Shown here in pieces: positions 17,005-26,916 of a stretch of 64,000 nt of DNA. The stretch spans positions 32,001 through 96,000 of the forward strand of contig JAZAMN010000059.1 in the NCBI GenBank assembly GCA_036229005.1, written 5' to 3'. How positions within the stretch are numbered: position 1 is the stretch's first letter; every line of letters begins with the position of its first letter. This stretch comes from Myxococcota bacterium. Lineage in GTDB: Bacteria; Myxococcota_A; UBA796; CAJQPC01. Made by a program: the position numbers and the translations under genes. Below the pieces are notes generated by a model. It was not told the origin of the DNA. It saw only the letters and a list, made by a program, of their open reading frames with translations, and did not search any database.

Positions 17005-17106
17005 GAACCTTCCCGAGTCCAGCCAGACGGCCCAAAGCCGCCCGGGCCCAAACAAAATAGACCCCTGACGCGGGAAAACAAAAAGAATCCCCCCAAAAGG
17101 AAAGCC

Positions 17107-18342
17107 TTGCACTCACACCGCTCTGACCGCCTGCTCGCCGCAGCCCGGGGCTCCCGCGCGAAGCTGGGCCAGGAGCTGCTCCGCGCACACCTGGGCTCCC
17201 CCACCGCGAGTGTCGACCTTCCCCGCGCCTTCCGCGAGGCCCGCGCCCTGGGCTCCCGGGACCGGCGCATCGCCCAGGACGCCATCTACATGGTGGCCCG
17301 TCACCAGGCCCGCTACCGGCGGGCCCTCGGACCTCGCTTGGGCCAGGGTGCCGATCTCATCGAGCTCCTCTACCTCTCAGCGTTGGTGGAGTTGGGCCTG
17401 GATCCCGCGATCGCCACGCAGCTCACCTCCCTCCCCTTCCCCCTGGAGGCGGCCCCCCACAGCGACCCGCTGGACCAGCTCGCCATGGAAGGCAGCCTGC
17501 CCCGTTGGCTGCTGGAGCGCTCGGAGGACGCGCAGGCTCTGGTCCGAGGGGCTCAGGGGCGCGCCCCCACCACGATCCGCACCAACCGGGCCCGGATCTC
17601 CCGGGACAAGCTCCGCGATCGCCTCGCCAGCGAGGACATCCTGACCGAGCCCGGCCGCTTCGCCCCCGACGCCCTGCACATCCAGGGGCGCGCCAACCTC
17701 CAGGGCAGCCGCGCCTTCCGCGACGGACTCTTCGAGATCCAGGACGAGGGCAGTCAGCTCCTGGCGCTGTTGGTCCAGCCCACTGGCCGGGTGCTGGACT
17801 GGTGCGCGGGCGCTGGCGGCAAGTCCCTGGCCCTGGCCGCCCTGCACGACGGCCCTCTGCTGGCGCTGGACGTGCGCGCCCGGGCCCTACAGGAGGCCGA
17901 GAAGCGGGCCCACCGCGCTGGCTTCCGCCTGCAGACCCAGGTGCACGGTCAGGCCGCGGTCCCCCAAGCCGAGCGCGTGCTGGTGGACGCCCCCTGCTCC
18001 GGGACCGGGACGCTGCGCCGCGACCCCTGCCTGCGCTGGCGCCTGAGCCCCGAGAGCCTGGACGCGCTGGTGCAGACCCAGGCCCAGGTGCTGGATCAGG
18101 CCGCCGCCCACACCGCCCCGGGCGGACAGCTCGTCTACGCCACCTGCTCGGTGCTGCCCTGCGAGAACCAGGAGCAGGTCGCCGCCTTCCTGGCGCGCCA
18201 CCCCGACTGGCGCCAGCTCCCCGCCGGGCCCCGCCTGCCGGCGTCCTGCAGCGACATGATCCAGGGCCCCGATCTCGCCCCCAGACCAGAGAGGCACGGG
18301 ACCGACGGCTTCTTTGCCGCTGTGCTCCAGGCGCCGGGATAG
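17107..18342 (+). CDS. RsmB/NOP-family RNA m5C methyltransferase
   Basis: IQDEGSQ, DWCAGAGGKS, VDAPCSGTG, YATCS, DGFF; TTG start is approximate. Confidence 0.9.
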   Translation: MHSHRSDRLLAAARGSRAKLGQELLRAHLGSPTASVDLPRAFREARALGSRDRRIAQDAIYMVARHQARYRRALGPRLGQGADLIELLYLSALVELGLDPAIATQLTSLPFPLEAAPHSDPLDQLAMEGSLPRWLLERSEDAQALVRGAQGRAPTTIRTNRARISRDKLRDRLASEDILTEPGRFAPDALHIQGRANLQGSRAFRDGLFEIQDEGSQLLALLVQPTGRVLDWCAGAGGKSLALAALHDGPLLALDVRARALQEAEKRAHRAGFRLQTQVHGQAAVPQAERVLVDAPCSGTGTLRRDPCLRWRLSPESLDALVQTQAQVLDQAAAHTAPGGQLVYATCSVLPCENQEQVAAFLARHPDWRQLPAGPRLPASCSDMIQGPDLAPRPERHGTDGFFAAVLQAPG

Positions 18343-18372
18343 GCCTTCGGCTCCCCCCACCCCAGGACGCCT

Positions 18373-19890
18373 GTGCGCTACACCCGCCCCCCCGGCTTCC
18401 CCGATCTGGACCCGCAGCAGTACCGCAGCCACCGACAGGTGCGCCGCCGCCTGCTCGATCGCTTCGAGACCTACGGCTACGAGCAGGTGGGCGTCCCCAC
18501 CCTGGAGTACGTGGACCTCTACGAGCCCAGCCGAATGGGCGCGCACCTCTTCCACGACCTGATCCTGGCCCGCCTGAGCGAGGCCGACACCTTCCCCGGC
18601 CCCGCCGAGGACCCCGGCCCCGAGCGCCTGCACACCGCCGCGCTGCGCCCGGACTTCACCACCCCTCTGGCGCGCCAGCTCGTCGAGCAGATCCTGCGCG
18701 ACGGGGTCCCCCAGGGCAGCGTGCGCCGCGCCTACTCCGGGCCCGTGTTCCGCGACGCCCAGGCCGGCCAGGGGCGCCTCAAGGAGTTCCACCAGGTCGG
18801 GGTCGAGCACATCGGCCTCTCCAGCCTGGACGGCGAGCTCGAGATCCTCACCCTGGCCTGCGACGCCGCCCTGGACCTGTCCCTGCAGGACTGGCGGCTG
18901 CACCTGGGGCACGCCGGGCTCTTCCGCGGGGTCATCCACGCCCTGGAGCTCCCCGACGAAGCGGAGCGCGGCCTGCTCAACAACCTGGTGCTCGCCGCGC
19001 GGCTCCGGATCAGCGCGCGCATGGACGCCCCCGAGCGCTTCGAAGCGCTGCTCCCCGGTCGGGCCCAGGCTCTGGCGAGGCGAGTGGCTGCGTCCGGCAT
19101 GGACACCCCGGCCCACCTCCTGGCCCCCGAGTCCCGCGACAGCGCCTGGTGGCGCGAGCACCTGGCGCCCACCTTCGAGGACTGGCTGAGGCAGGTCTGG
19201 GTCTCCGAGCGCGGGCTGCCCGCCCAGGCCCTGGACACCACCCTGGCCATGTCCGCCCTGGACCCCGACCCCAAGGCCTTCTTCACCGAGCTCCAGCCCC
19301 TGCTGCGCAGCCAGGCCGCCAGCGACGGCGCCTCCGAGCTGCAGCTCCTGGTCGAGCGCTTCCAGGCCCGGCGCCAGGCCCCCATCGCCCTGACCGCCGC
19401 CGCCTCCCGGGGCATCGGCTACTACGACGGCCTCACCCTGGAGCTGCACGGTCCCAGCGGCGCCCTCTGCGGCGGCGGGCGCTACCGCGGCCTGCACACC
19501 TGGCTGCTCGACCGCGCCCGGCAGACCGCTCTGCTGCGTGGCGGCGTGCTGCCCCCCGAGCCCGCCGGCGCCGAGCGCATGCTCACCGGCGTGGGGCTGG
19601 CCTTTGGCGTCGAGCGCCTGGTCGAGGCCATGCCGGCCCAGGCCTTGGCCCCCAAGCCCACCATCTACGCCGTGCAGGCCCCCCCTGACCAGTGGGCCGC
19701 CGCCGCGGAGCTCTGCGACACCCTGCGCGCCCACGGGCTGCGCGCCTGCCTGGGCGGAGCCGGGAGCGACCAACCCGTGCTTCGCTTGAGCCGAGAGTCC
19801 CTCGCCCAGGACAGGGTCCACCTGGAGCTGCCGGGGTGTGCCCCCCAGCCCCTGGACCTGGCCACCCTCCCCAACAAGCTGGAGCGCTGA
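18373..19890 (+). CDS. HisRS paralogue (HisZ-like, class II aaRS fold)
   Basis: LRPDFT, FR...GRLKEFHQVGVE, RGIGYY, GGGRY, GLAFGVERL; no adjacent hisG. Confidence 0.8.
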   Translation: MRYTRPPGFPDLDPQQYRSHRQVRRRLLDRFETYGYEQVGVPTLEYVDLYEPSRMGAHLFHDLILARLSEADTFPGPAEDPGPERLHTAALRPDFTTPLARQLVEQILRDGVPQGSVRRAYSGPVFRDAQAGQGRLKEFHQVGVEHIGLSSLDGELEILTLACDAALDLSLQDWRLHLGHAGLFRGVIHALELPDEAERGLLNNLVLAARLRISARMDAPERFEALLPGRAQALARRVAASGMDTPAHLLAPESRDSAWWREHLAPTFEDWLRQVWVSERGLPAQALDTTLAMSALDPDPKAFFTELQPLLRSQAASDGASELQLLVERFQARRQAPIALTAAASRGIGYYDGLTLELHGPSGALCGGGRYRGLHTWLLDRARQTALLRGGVLPPEPAGAERMLTGVGLAFGVERLVEAMPAQALAPKPTIYAVQAPPDQWAAAAELCDTLRAHGLRACLGGAGSDQPVLRLSRESLAQDRVHLELPGCAPQPLDLATLPNKLER

Positions 19891-21951
19891 ATGGACCCCC
19901 TGCTGATCGACGGCTTCAGCCTGAGCATCCAGGACATCGTGGACGTCGCGCGCAGCCGCCGCCGCGTCGCCCTGGCCCCCCACGCCATCGACCAGGTCCG
20001 CCGCTGCCGCGCCCTGGTCGAGGTCCTGCTGGATCACGACGTCAAGGTCTACGGCCTGACCACCGGCTTCGGGAAGCTGCGCGACGTGGTGATCCCCCGC
20101 CAGGACGCCGTCCGCCTCCAGGAGAACCTGCTCCGCTCGCACGCGGTGGGCGTGGGCGTCCCCTTCGCCGAAGACACCGTGCGCGCCGCCATGCTCCTGC
20201 GGGCCAACACCCTGGCCAAGGGCAACTCCGGCGTGCGCGTCGCCCTGATCCAGGCCGTGCTCGACCTGCTCAACGACGACGTGTACCCCTACATCCCCCA
20301 GCAGGGCAGCGTGGGCGCGTCCGGGGACCTGGCCCCCCTCAGCCACCTGGGCCTGGTGCTCATGGGCGACCCCCACGGGCGGGTGTTCGGCGGCTTCGGC
20401 GCCGACCGCGACCGCCCCCTGGTCACCCACCCCCGCGCCGAGGACTTCCAGCCTCTGGGTGAGACCGCCGCCCAGGACGCCGAGGCCGCCGGGCTCCGCT
20501 TCCGCCCCGTGGTGCTCCAGGCCAAGGAGGGTCTGGGCATCAACAACGGCACCCAGTTCATGACCGGACTGGGCGCCCTGCTCGTGCACGACAGCACCCA
20601 GACCCTGCACCTCACCGAGCTCTCCGCGTCCCTGTCCCTGGAGGCCAACCGCGGCATCCGCAGCGCCTTCGACCCGCGCATCCACCGGGCCCGCCCCCAG
20701 AGCCACCAGGAGGCCTGCGCCCGCCGGATCATCTCCTACTGCGCCGGCAGCCAGATCCTGGACTTCTACCTGAACTCCGCGCGCATCAACCGCGCCGCCG
20801 CGCACCTGTGCCAGGCCGAGCAGCTCCTGGAGCACGCCGCCTCCCGCGCCGCCATCGTGGGGGTCCAGCTCGACAGCCTCTCCCGCGCCCAGGCCGCCAT
20901 CGCGCAGCTCAAGGACAGCCTCCAGGGCCTCTTCCCGCGCACGGAGGACGGCGCCCTCGACCACGCCCAGGTGCGGCGGTGGAGCGAGCAGCACCCCGAG
21001 GCCCAGATCCCCCTCCTGCAGCGCCGCACCCGCCGCGTCCGCCAGGAGCTGGGCGCGCTGCTCCAGACCCTCACCAGCCCCACCTTCTACCGGGACCCCC
21101 ACGTGGAGCGCGCCGAGTCCGAGCTGGTGCGCGCCCGCACCGAGCTCTCGCGCGCGGTGCCCGACGCCCCCATCGTCCAGGACGACTACTCGACCCGCTG
21201 CTTCCCGCAGGTCCTCGCCTGCGCCTGGCGTGCTCTGGACTCCGTGCGGGAGGTGGTCGAGGTGGAGAGCAACGCAGCCACGGACAACCCGCTCCTCTTC
21301 CCCCCCGAGCCCCCCGGTGGCCTGGAGTCCATGGACCCCGAGACCTACAAGGCCTGGCTGGCGGAGGACCCCGACCGCATCCTGGAGTGCAAGCGCGCGG
21401 TGGTCGGCGGCGGCAACTTCCACGGCGAGCCCGTCGCCATCGCCATGGACTACCTGGCCCTCACCCTGGCCGAGGTCGGCAACATCACCGAGCGCCGCAT
21501 CGCCCACCTGGTGGACGACAACCACAGCCGCGGCCTGCCCCCCTTCCTGGTGCACAGCAGCGGCCTGAACTCCGGCTTCATGATCCCGCAGTACACCGCC
21601 GCGTCCCTGGTCTCGGAGAACAAGGTCCTGGTGCACCCCGCCAGCGCCGACTCCGTGCCCACCTGCGGCAACACCGAAGACCACGTCTCCATGGGCACCA
21701 TCGCCGCCCGCCAGTGCAAGGACGTCCTGGTGAACGTGCGTCAGATCGTCGGCATCGAGCTGCTCTCGGCGGTCCAGGGGTTGAGGTTCCGGGAGCCCCT
21801 GCAGCCCGGGGTCCACCTCCGCAAGGTCGTGGCCCTCCTGCGCGCCAAGGGCATCGAACCCGTAGACGAGGACAGGGTTCTGTACACCGACATGCAGCGC
21901 ATGCAGGCGCTGCTCTCCGACCCCGATCTGCTGGCCCAGCTCCAGGTGTGA
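19891..21951 (+). CDS. hutH: Histidine ammonia-lyase (MIO family) with large insertions
   Basis: VYGLTTGFG, LRSHA, GASGD (MIO-forming ASG), NGTQ, QDDYSTRC, GGNFHG, EDHVSMG; 686 aa. Confidence 0.85.
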   Translation: MDPLLIDGFSLSIQDIVDVARSRRRVALAPHAIDQVRRCRALVEVLLDHDVKVYGLTTGFGKLRDVVIPRQDAVRLQENLLRSHAVGVGVPFAEDTVRAAMLLRANTLAKGNSGVRVALIQAVLDLLNDDVYPYIPQQGSVGASGDLAPLSHLGLVLMGDPHGRVFGGFGADRDRPLVTHPRAEDFQPLGETAAQDAEAAGLRFRPVVLQAKEGLGINNGTQFMTGLGALLVHDSTQTLHLTELSASLSLEANRGIRSAFDPRIHRARPQSHQEACARRIISYCAGSQILDFYLNSARINRAAAHLCQAEQLLEHAASRAAIVGVQLDSLSRAQAAIAQLKDSLQGLFPRTEDGALDHAQVRRWSEQHPEAQIPLLQRRTRRVRQELGALLQTLTSPTFYRDPHVERAESELVRARTELSRAVPDAPIVQDDYSTRCFPQVLACAWRALDSVREVVEVESNAATDNPLLFPPEPPGGLESMDPETYKAWLAEDPDRILECKRAVVGGGNFHGEPVAIAMDYLALTLAEVGNITERRIAHLVDDNHSRGLPPFLVHSSGLNSGFMIPQYTAASLVSENKVLVHPASADSVPTCGNTEDHVSMGTIAARQCKDVLVNVRQIVGIELLSAVQGLRFREPLQPGVHLRKVVALLRAKGIEPVDEDRVLYTDMQRMQALLSDPDLLAQLQV

Positions 21952-22022
21952 CAGGGTCGTCAGAGCCTTGACAGAGGGCTTTCGGCGACAATGGCGTCTT
22001 TGGGCGCGGCCCAGAGGATTCC

Positions 22023-23189
22023 ATGCGCGTTGAGAGCCTGAACCATCTGTTGGAAGCCGCCCGGGAACAGGGCATCCCCGCGCTGCAGGCGGCGGTCGTC
22101 CACCGGGGCGCCCTGCACCACCGCAGCGCCCACGGCGCCCGGCACCCCGCCGGCCCCCCCCTGGGGCACCGCAGCCGGATGGACGCCGCCAGCCTGACCA
22201 AGGTGCTGGCCACGACCTCCGTCGCGATGGTGCTCGTGGACCAGGAGCAGCTCGACCTGGACGCCCCCGTGCGCAGCGTGCTCCCCTCCTTCCGGCACGC
22301 GCAGATCACCCCGCGCATGCTGCTGGGCCACCGCAGCGGCCTGGCCGCCTGGGCCCCCCTGTTCGAGGTCGCGCGCCAGGACAGCGTCGCCTCCACGCTC
22401 TACCCGGGCGTCCCGGGGCTGCGCGCCTTCGGCTGGTCCACCGAGCTGATGCGCCACGCCGTGCTCTCGCAGGATCCGGTGAGCGCGCCCGGCCCCCGGG
22501 TCTACTCGGACATCGGCTTCCTGACCCTGGGCCTGCTGCTGGAGGTGGTGGGCGGCGCCCCGCTGGACCAGCTCGCCCGGGACCTGGTCTTCAAGCCCCT
22601 GGACCTGATGGACACCGGGTACGTCCGCATGGAGGGCAACCGCGTGCCCGAGGGGCCCTTCGTGTGCACGGGCCAGGAGCGCCCGCGTCCTCCCGCCCCC
22701 GGTCAGGAGGCCCTCTACAGCCGCCTGGAGCAGCAGCCCTCCCTGCGCGCGGGCGAGGTCGACGACGACAACGCCTACGCCATGGGCGGGGTCGCCGGCC
22801 ACGCCGGAGTGTTCTCCACCGCCACCGACGTCGCCCGCTTCGGGCAGGCCATCCTGGAGGAGCGCCGCGGCGCCCGTCGCCTGGCCCGGCCCGAGATCGT
22901 CGCGGAGTTCCTGGCCATCGACGCCCCCGAGTCCCTCCCCCAGCGCAGCCTGGGCTGGGATCGCCCCGCCGGCACCGGCTCCACCGCCGGCTCGGAGCTG
23001 GGTCAGGGCCCCCTGGGTGCGGTCGGCCACCTGGGCTTCACCGGCTGCAGCCTGTGGATCGATCTCGACCGCGAGCTGGTCGCCGCGCTGCTCACGAACC
23101 GGGTCTTCCCCAGCCGCACCTCGACGGCGGGCATCCGTGCATTGCGGCCCGCGTTCCACGATGCGGTGGTGGTGAGCCTGCCAGCTTGA
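22023..23189 (+). CDS. Serine hydrolase, beta-lactamase class C family
   Basis: SLTK (SxxK), YSD, GHAGVFS, GHLGFTG. Confidence 0.9.
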   Translation: MRVESLNHLLEAAREQGIPALQAAVVHRGALHHRSAHGARHPAGPPLGHRSRMDAASLTKVLATTSVAMVLVDQEQLDLDAPVRSVLPSFRHAQITPRMLLGHRSGLAAWAPLFEVARQDSVASTLYPGVPGLRAFGWSTELMRHAVLSQDPVSAPGPRVYSDIGFLTLGLLLEVVGGAPLDQLARDLVFKPLDLMDTGYVRMEGNRVPEGPFVCTGQERPRPPAPGQEALYSRLEQQPSLRAGEVDDDNAYAMGGVAGHAGVFSTATDVARFGQAILEERRGARRLARPEIVAEFLAIDAPESLPQRSLGWDRPAGTGSTAGSELGQGPLGAVGHLGFTGCSLWIDLDRELVAALLTNRVFPSRTSTAGIRALRPAFHDAVVVSLPA

Positions 23190-23212
23190 GGGCGCCGAGG
23201 TACCCTCCCCTC

Positions 23213-24460
23213 ATGCTCCTGACCCTGCTGCTGGCCTGCGGGCCCCGTCCGCCGATGGCCCCCCCCGCGCCCGAGGCGACCGCCGTCCCCACCCTCCCCA
23301 AGCGCTGGGAGGGCCCCGCTCTGATCGCGGACCTGCGCCTGGTCGCGGTGGGCGACGTGCTCATGCACACCAACGTCAAGAACTCGGCCAAGGCCGCCAA
23401 TGAGGACCCCCAGAAGGGCCTGGAGGCGCTGTTCGAGTACATCGAGCCCACCATCTCGGGCGCGGACATCGCCTTCGCGAACCTGGAGACGCCGGTGGCC
23501 CCCGACCACCACAAGGGCACGCGCTCGATGGTGTTCAACGCGCCGCCGGAGCTGCTGCCGGCGCTGTCCGCCGTGGGCTTTGACGTGCTGAGCTTCGCGA
23601 ACAACCACGTCTACGACCAGGGCCGCGACGGCTTTCAGGAGACGATGGAGCGCCTGGACTCCAGCGGGATGACCTGGATCGGCGGCGGCGACACCTGCGA
23701 GGCCGCCCGCGCCCCCAAGATGGTCGAGCAGGAGGGCATCAAGGTCGCGTTCATCGGCGCGTCCAAGGTCTTCAACGACAACATGAACCGCGGGGAGGAC
23801 GAGGCCTGCGCCTTCGAGCTGGACGTGTCCCAGGCCCTGGCCTCCGCGGAGCTGGCCCGACAGGATGGCGCCGACGTGGTCATCGTGTCCGTGCACTGGG
23901 GCCGCGAGTACCGCACCCACCCCGAGCAGGCCGAGATGGACGACGCCCGGGCGCTGATCGCCGGCGGCGTGGACCTGGTCATCGGCCACCACCCCCACGT
24001 GGTCCAGCCCATCGAGGTCATCCCCCGGGAGGACGGCAGCGTGGGCGTGATCGCCTACAGCCTGGGCAACTTCATCTCCAACCAGCGCTACGACTACGTC
24101 CACGGCGTGCAGCCCCTGGAGCACGGCAACCCCCGCGACGGGCTGGCGCTGCAGGTCGACATCGTCAAGAAGGACTACGGGCCCGCTCCAGACGGGTCCC
24201 CGCAGGTCCGGGTCGAGCTGGCCAACGTCATGGGGATCCCCCTGTGGACGGACAATGATGCGGGCCGCATCGTGCACCCAACGCCCACCATCCGGGTGGT
24301 CCGCACCGACTCTGCGCTCACGTCCGCCAGCGAGGCACTGCTGAGCGCGACCACCGCCGAAGAGGACCTGGCCGCCAAGAAGCGCATCGCCCTGCTGGAG
24401 GACCGCTGGGACCAGGTGGAGGAGATCGTGGGAGAGGGCTTGATGCCCCCGCACCCCTGA
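23213..24460 (+). CDS. CapA-family metallophosphoesterase-fold lipoprotein
   Basis: LLLAC lipobox; GDVLMH, NLETP, ANNH, HWGRE, GHHPHV, YSLGNF. Confidence 0.88.
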   Translation: MLLTLLLACGPRPPMAPPAPEATAVPTLPKRWEGPALIADLRLVAVGDVLMHTNVKNSAKAANEDPQKGLEALFEYIEPTISGADIAFANLETPVAPDHHKGTRSMVFNAPPELLPALSAVGFDVLSFANNHVYDQGRDGFQETMERLDSSGMTWIGGGDTCEAARAPKMVEQEGIKVAFIGASKVFNDNMNRGEDEACAFELDVSQALASAELARQDGADVVIVSVHWGREYRTHPEQAEMDDARALIAGGVDLVIGHHPHVVQPIEVIPREDGSVGVIAYSLGNFISNQRYDYVHGVQPLEHGNPRDGLALQVDIVKKDYGPAPDGSPQVRVELANVMGIPLWTDNDAGRIVHPTPTIRVVRTDSALTSASEALLSATTAEEDLAAKKRIALLEDRWDQVEEIVGEGLMPPHP

Positions 24461-24478
24461 GTGCCCGTGGCGTCGATT

Positions 24479-24511
24479 TGGGACAAGTTTGTCCCACCTC
24501 TGGGATCCCAG
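24479..24511. promoter_or_regulatory. Tandem palindromes, candidate upstream activator sites
   Basis: TGGGACAA-GT-TTGTCCCA (24479-24496) and CTGGGATCCCAG (24500-24511), 50-80 bp upstream of a sigma54 motif. Confidence 0.5.
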
Positions 24512-24558
24512 CTCCCCGGCACGCAGGGCCCAGCACACGATGGAATCGGGCATATCGC

Positions 24559-24574
24559 TGGCATGGCTCTTGCT
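24559..24574 (+). promoter_or_regulatory. sigma54 (-24/-12) promoter
   Basis: TGGCATGGCTCTTGCT with correct GG-N10-GC spacing, 30 nt before ATG 24604. Confidence 0.7.
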
Positions 24575-24603
24575 CTTGACTGGGAGTGACACGGAGCCAC
24601 GCC

Positions 24604-26907
24604 ATGCCCGCACAGACCCGCCGCCGCAATCCAGCAGCAACCACCATCGCCTCCGGCGCGCGGGACGAAGCGGTAGAGGCCGCGGCGAATGTCGACAACA
24701 GCGTGCTCCAGGAGCAGCTCCGGGACCAGGCGCTGGAGACGGTGACCAGCGACGTGGTCGCGGTGCTCCCCTCCTCCAGCCAGGAGAAGGGCCGGCCGCA
24801 CGTGAAGTCCGTGCTCAACGAGCTCTCCCTGTCCGGCATCGCCTCCAAGACCCAGGCCGCGTACATCCTGGCCACCGCCGACCACGAGAGCGGCTTCGGC
24901 AACCCCCGCTTCTCCCGCAGCGAGCCCCTGGTCGAAGAGCGGAACAACATCCGCCAGAACAGCAACGGCACCTGGACCGGCACCGACCACGTCAAGGGTC
25001 GGCGGATCAGCGGCAGCAGCCTGGAGGAGGCCGAGACCAACTACTGGGACAGCGCCTACGGCGGGCGGCTGGGCAACGAGCGGGGCACCACCGACGCCAA
25101 GAACTACCGCGGCCGCGGCTACGTGCAGCTCACCGGCGAAGACAACTACCGGAACATGAGCAACGCCCTCAACGCCGAGGGCTTCTCCTACACCCACGAG
25201 GGCGTGACCTACGGCGGCCCCGAGGGCCAGCCCATCGACCTGCTGAGCAACTACGAGCACGTCAACCTGGTGCCCGCCCTGGCCGCCCGCGTGATGGTCA
25301 AGGGCATGATGGAGGGCAGCTTCACCGGCAAGGCCCTGGGCAGCGAGGTCAACGAGAGCGAGACCGACTTCTACAACGCCCGCGCGGTGGTCAACGGCGA
25401 CAAGGAGGAGAACGGCCGGCTCATCCAGACCAAGGCCTGGAAGTACGTCAACGCGCTGGGCCAGTGGGACAAGGTCATCCAGCTCACCAAGGTGCGCACC
25501 CAGACCGCCGGCGCCGCCCAGGACACCGGCCCCATCTCCGCGCTGATCGAGGGCCCCATGCTGCGCCGCGGGGCCAACGGCGAGCGCGTCAAGGAGCTCC
25601 AGCGCCTGCTGAACCTGCACGGCGCCGACCTCAAGGTGGACGGCGACTTTGGCCGCGGGACCCAGCGCGCCCTGATGCGCTACCAGCGCAAGGTCGGCAT
25701 CGAAGTGGACGGCGTGGCGGGCCCCGAGGTGTTCCAGAGCCTCTCCGGCGGCGCCGACAGCGCCGACTACTGCGAACTCACCAGCGACAGCGCCATGGTG
25801 GAGACCGTCGAGGACCTGAACAAGGCTCTGGGCGGCGGGCTGGCCGCCAGCGAGGACTTCCTGGCCGACGCCAAGGCCGCGGTCACCGGCCGCCCCATCC
25901 TGCGCAAGGGCGCCAAGGGCACCCGGGTCGAGGCCCTGCAGCGCCTGCTCTCCGCCGCGGGCTTCACCGTCGGCGTGGACGGCGACTTCGGCAACATCAC
26001 CTACCGCGCCGTGCTGGCCTTCCAGATCGCCAACGGCCTGAGCGCCGACGGCCGCGTGGGCAAGGCCACGGCCGCCAAGCTGCACGAGGTCGCGGACACC
26101 AGCACCGCCACCGCCCACACCTCGGGCAACACCGCCGCCGAGGTGGCCATCGAGACCGGCGGGGACGACAACAGCACCTACACCCCCGGCACCACTCCGA
26201 TCACGACCTCGCCCGACGCCTCCGTCGACGCCCGCGGCGAGGCCGCCGCCAAGGCCGCCCGCCTGATGTACACCGAGGGCGTCCAGGTGCACGGCAGCGG
26301 CTCCTGGGAGACCCAGGGCAGCAACTGGGGCCCGATGATCGAGCAGCTCAAGGAGAGCAACAACGCCGACAGCGGGAGCTGGGCCCAGGGCCTGGCGTGG
26401 TGCGGCATGTTCGTCGGCCACCAGTACAGCCAGGTGGGCATCCGGGACGAGATCATGGACAAGCTGGTGTTCTGGTCCGGCCTGCGCCTCCACGCCTTCT
26501 TCACCGAGGGCAAGTACATCGGCGGCAGCGACGAGGGCCCCGACCAGTGGTGGCAGCCCCACCACAACGTGGACCTGCGCGGCGAGTCCAGCGAGTCCAA
26601 GCGCAAGGAGATGATCGACGGCTTCGCCCCCCAGGCTGGCGACGTCGTGCTCTTCCGCCAGGCCCTGGACCACGTGGCCATCGTGTCCGACTACGACGCC
26701 AACACCGGCGCCCTGTCCATCATGGAGGGCAACCGCTCCAACCGCGTCCAGGCCACGGTCTACTACCCGGCCCGCGACACCTCCATCGCCTTCTTCGGCC
26801 GCTTCAACGCCAGCGACTTCGAGCCCCAGCAGGGCATCGACGCGGACCTGGCCAGCGCCCAGGACGTGCAGGTGACCCACACCGCGGCGAGCGGCGGCAT
26901 CCGCTGA
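24604..26907 (+). CDS. Modular peptidoglycan hydrolase: GH19/lysozyme-like, two PG-binding domains, CHAP-like
   Basis: LATADHES and YRGRGYVQLTGEDNY; two LRxGxxGxxVxxLQxxL...DGDFG repeats; WCGMFV, HVAIV, EGN; no signal peptide. Confidence 0.85.
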   Translation: MPAQTRRRNPAATTIASGARDEAVEAAANVDNSVLQEQLRDQALETVTSDVVAVLPSSSQEKGRPHVKSVLNELSLSGIASKTQAAYILATADHESGFGNPRFSRSEPLVEERNNIRQNSNGTWTGTDHVKGRRISGSSLEEAETNYWDSAYGGRLGNERGTTDAKNYRGRGYVQLTGEDNYRNMSNALNAEGFSYTHEGVTYGGPEGQPIDLLSNYEHVNLVPALAARVMVKGMMEGSFTGKALGSEVNESETDFYNARAVVNGDKEENGRLIQTKAWKYVNALGQWDKVIQLTKVRTQTAGAAQDTGPISALIEGPMLRRGANGERVKELQRLLNLHGADLKVDGDFGRGTQRALMRYQRKVGIEVDGVAGPEVFQSLSGGADSADYCELTSDSAMVETVEDLNKALGGGLAASEDFLADAKAAVTGRPILRKGAKGTRVEALQRLLSAAGFTVGVDGDFGNITYRAVLAFQIANGLSADGRVGKATAAKLHEVADTSTATAHTSGNTAAEVAIETGGDDNSTYTPGTTPITTSPDASVDARGEAAAKAARLMYTEGVQVHGSGSWETQGSNWGPMIEQLKESNNADSGSWAQGLAWCGMFVGHQYSQVGIRDEIMDKLVFWSGLRLHAFFTEGKYIGGSDEGPDQWWQPHHNVDLRGESSESKRKEMIDGFAPQAGDVVLFRQALDHVAIVSDYDANTGALSIMEGNRSNRVQATVYYPARDTSIAFFGRFNASDFEPQQGIDADLASAQDVQVTHTAASGGIR

Positions 26908-26916
26908 GTCAGAGGC

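Noticed and set aside
15718..17106. Long N-terminal extension of the RsmB ORF
   Set aside because: It overlaps the two minus-strand TPR genes; the methyltransferase-like sequence starts near 17107.
22023..23189. Beta-lactam resistance gene
   Set aside because: No signal peptide; motifs fit the broad esterase/serine hydrolase branch, so resistance is unsupported.
23213..24460. Poly-gamma-glutamate capsule locus
   Set aside because: No capB or capC nearby; stand-alone CapA-domain proteins are common.
24604..26907. Prophage endolysin
   Set aside because: No holin, spanin, structural or integrase genes, and composition matches the flanks.
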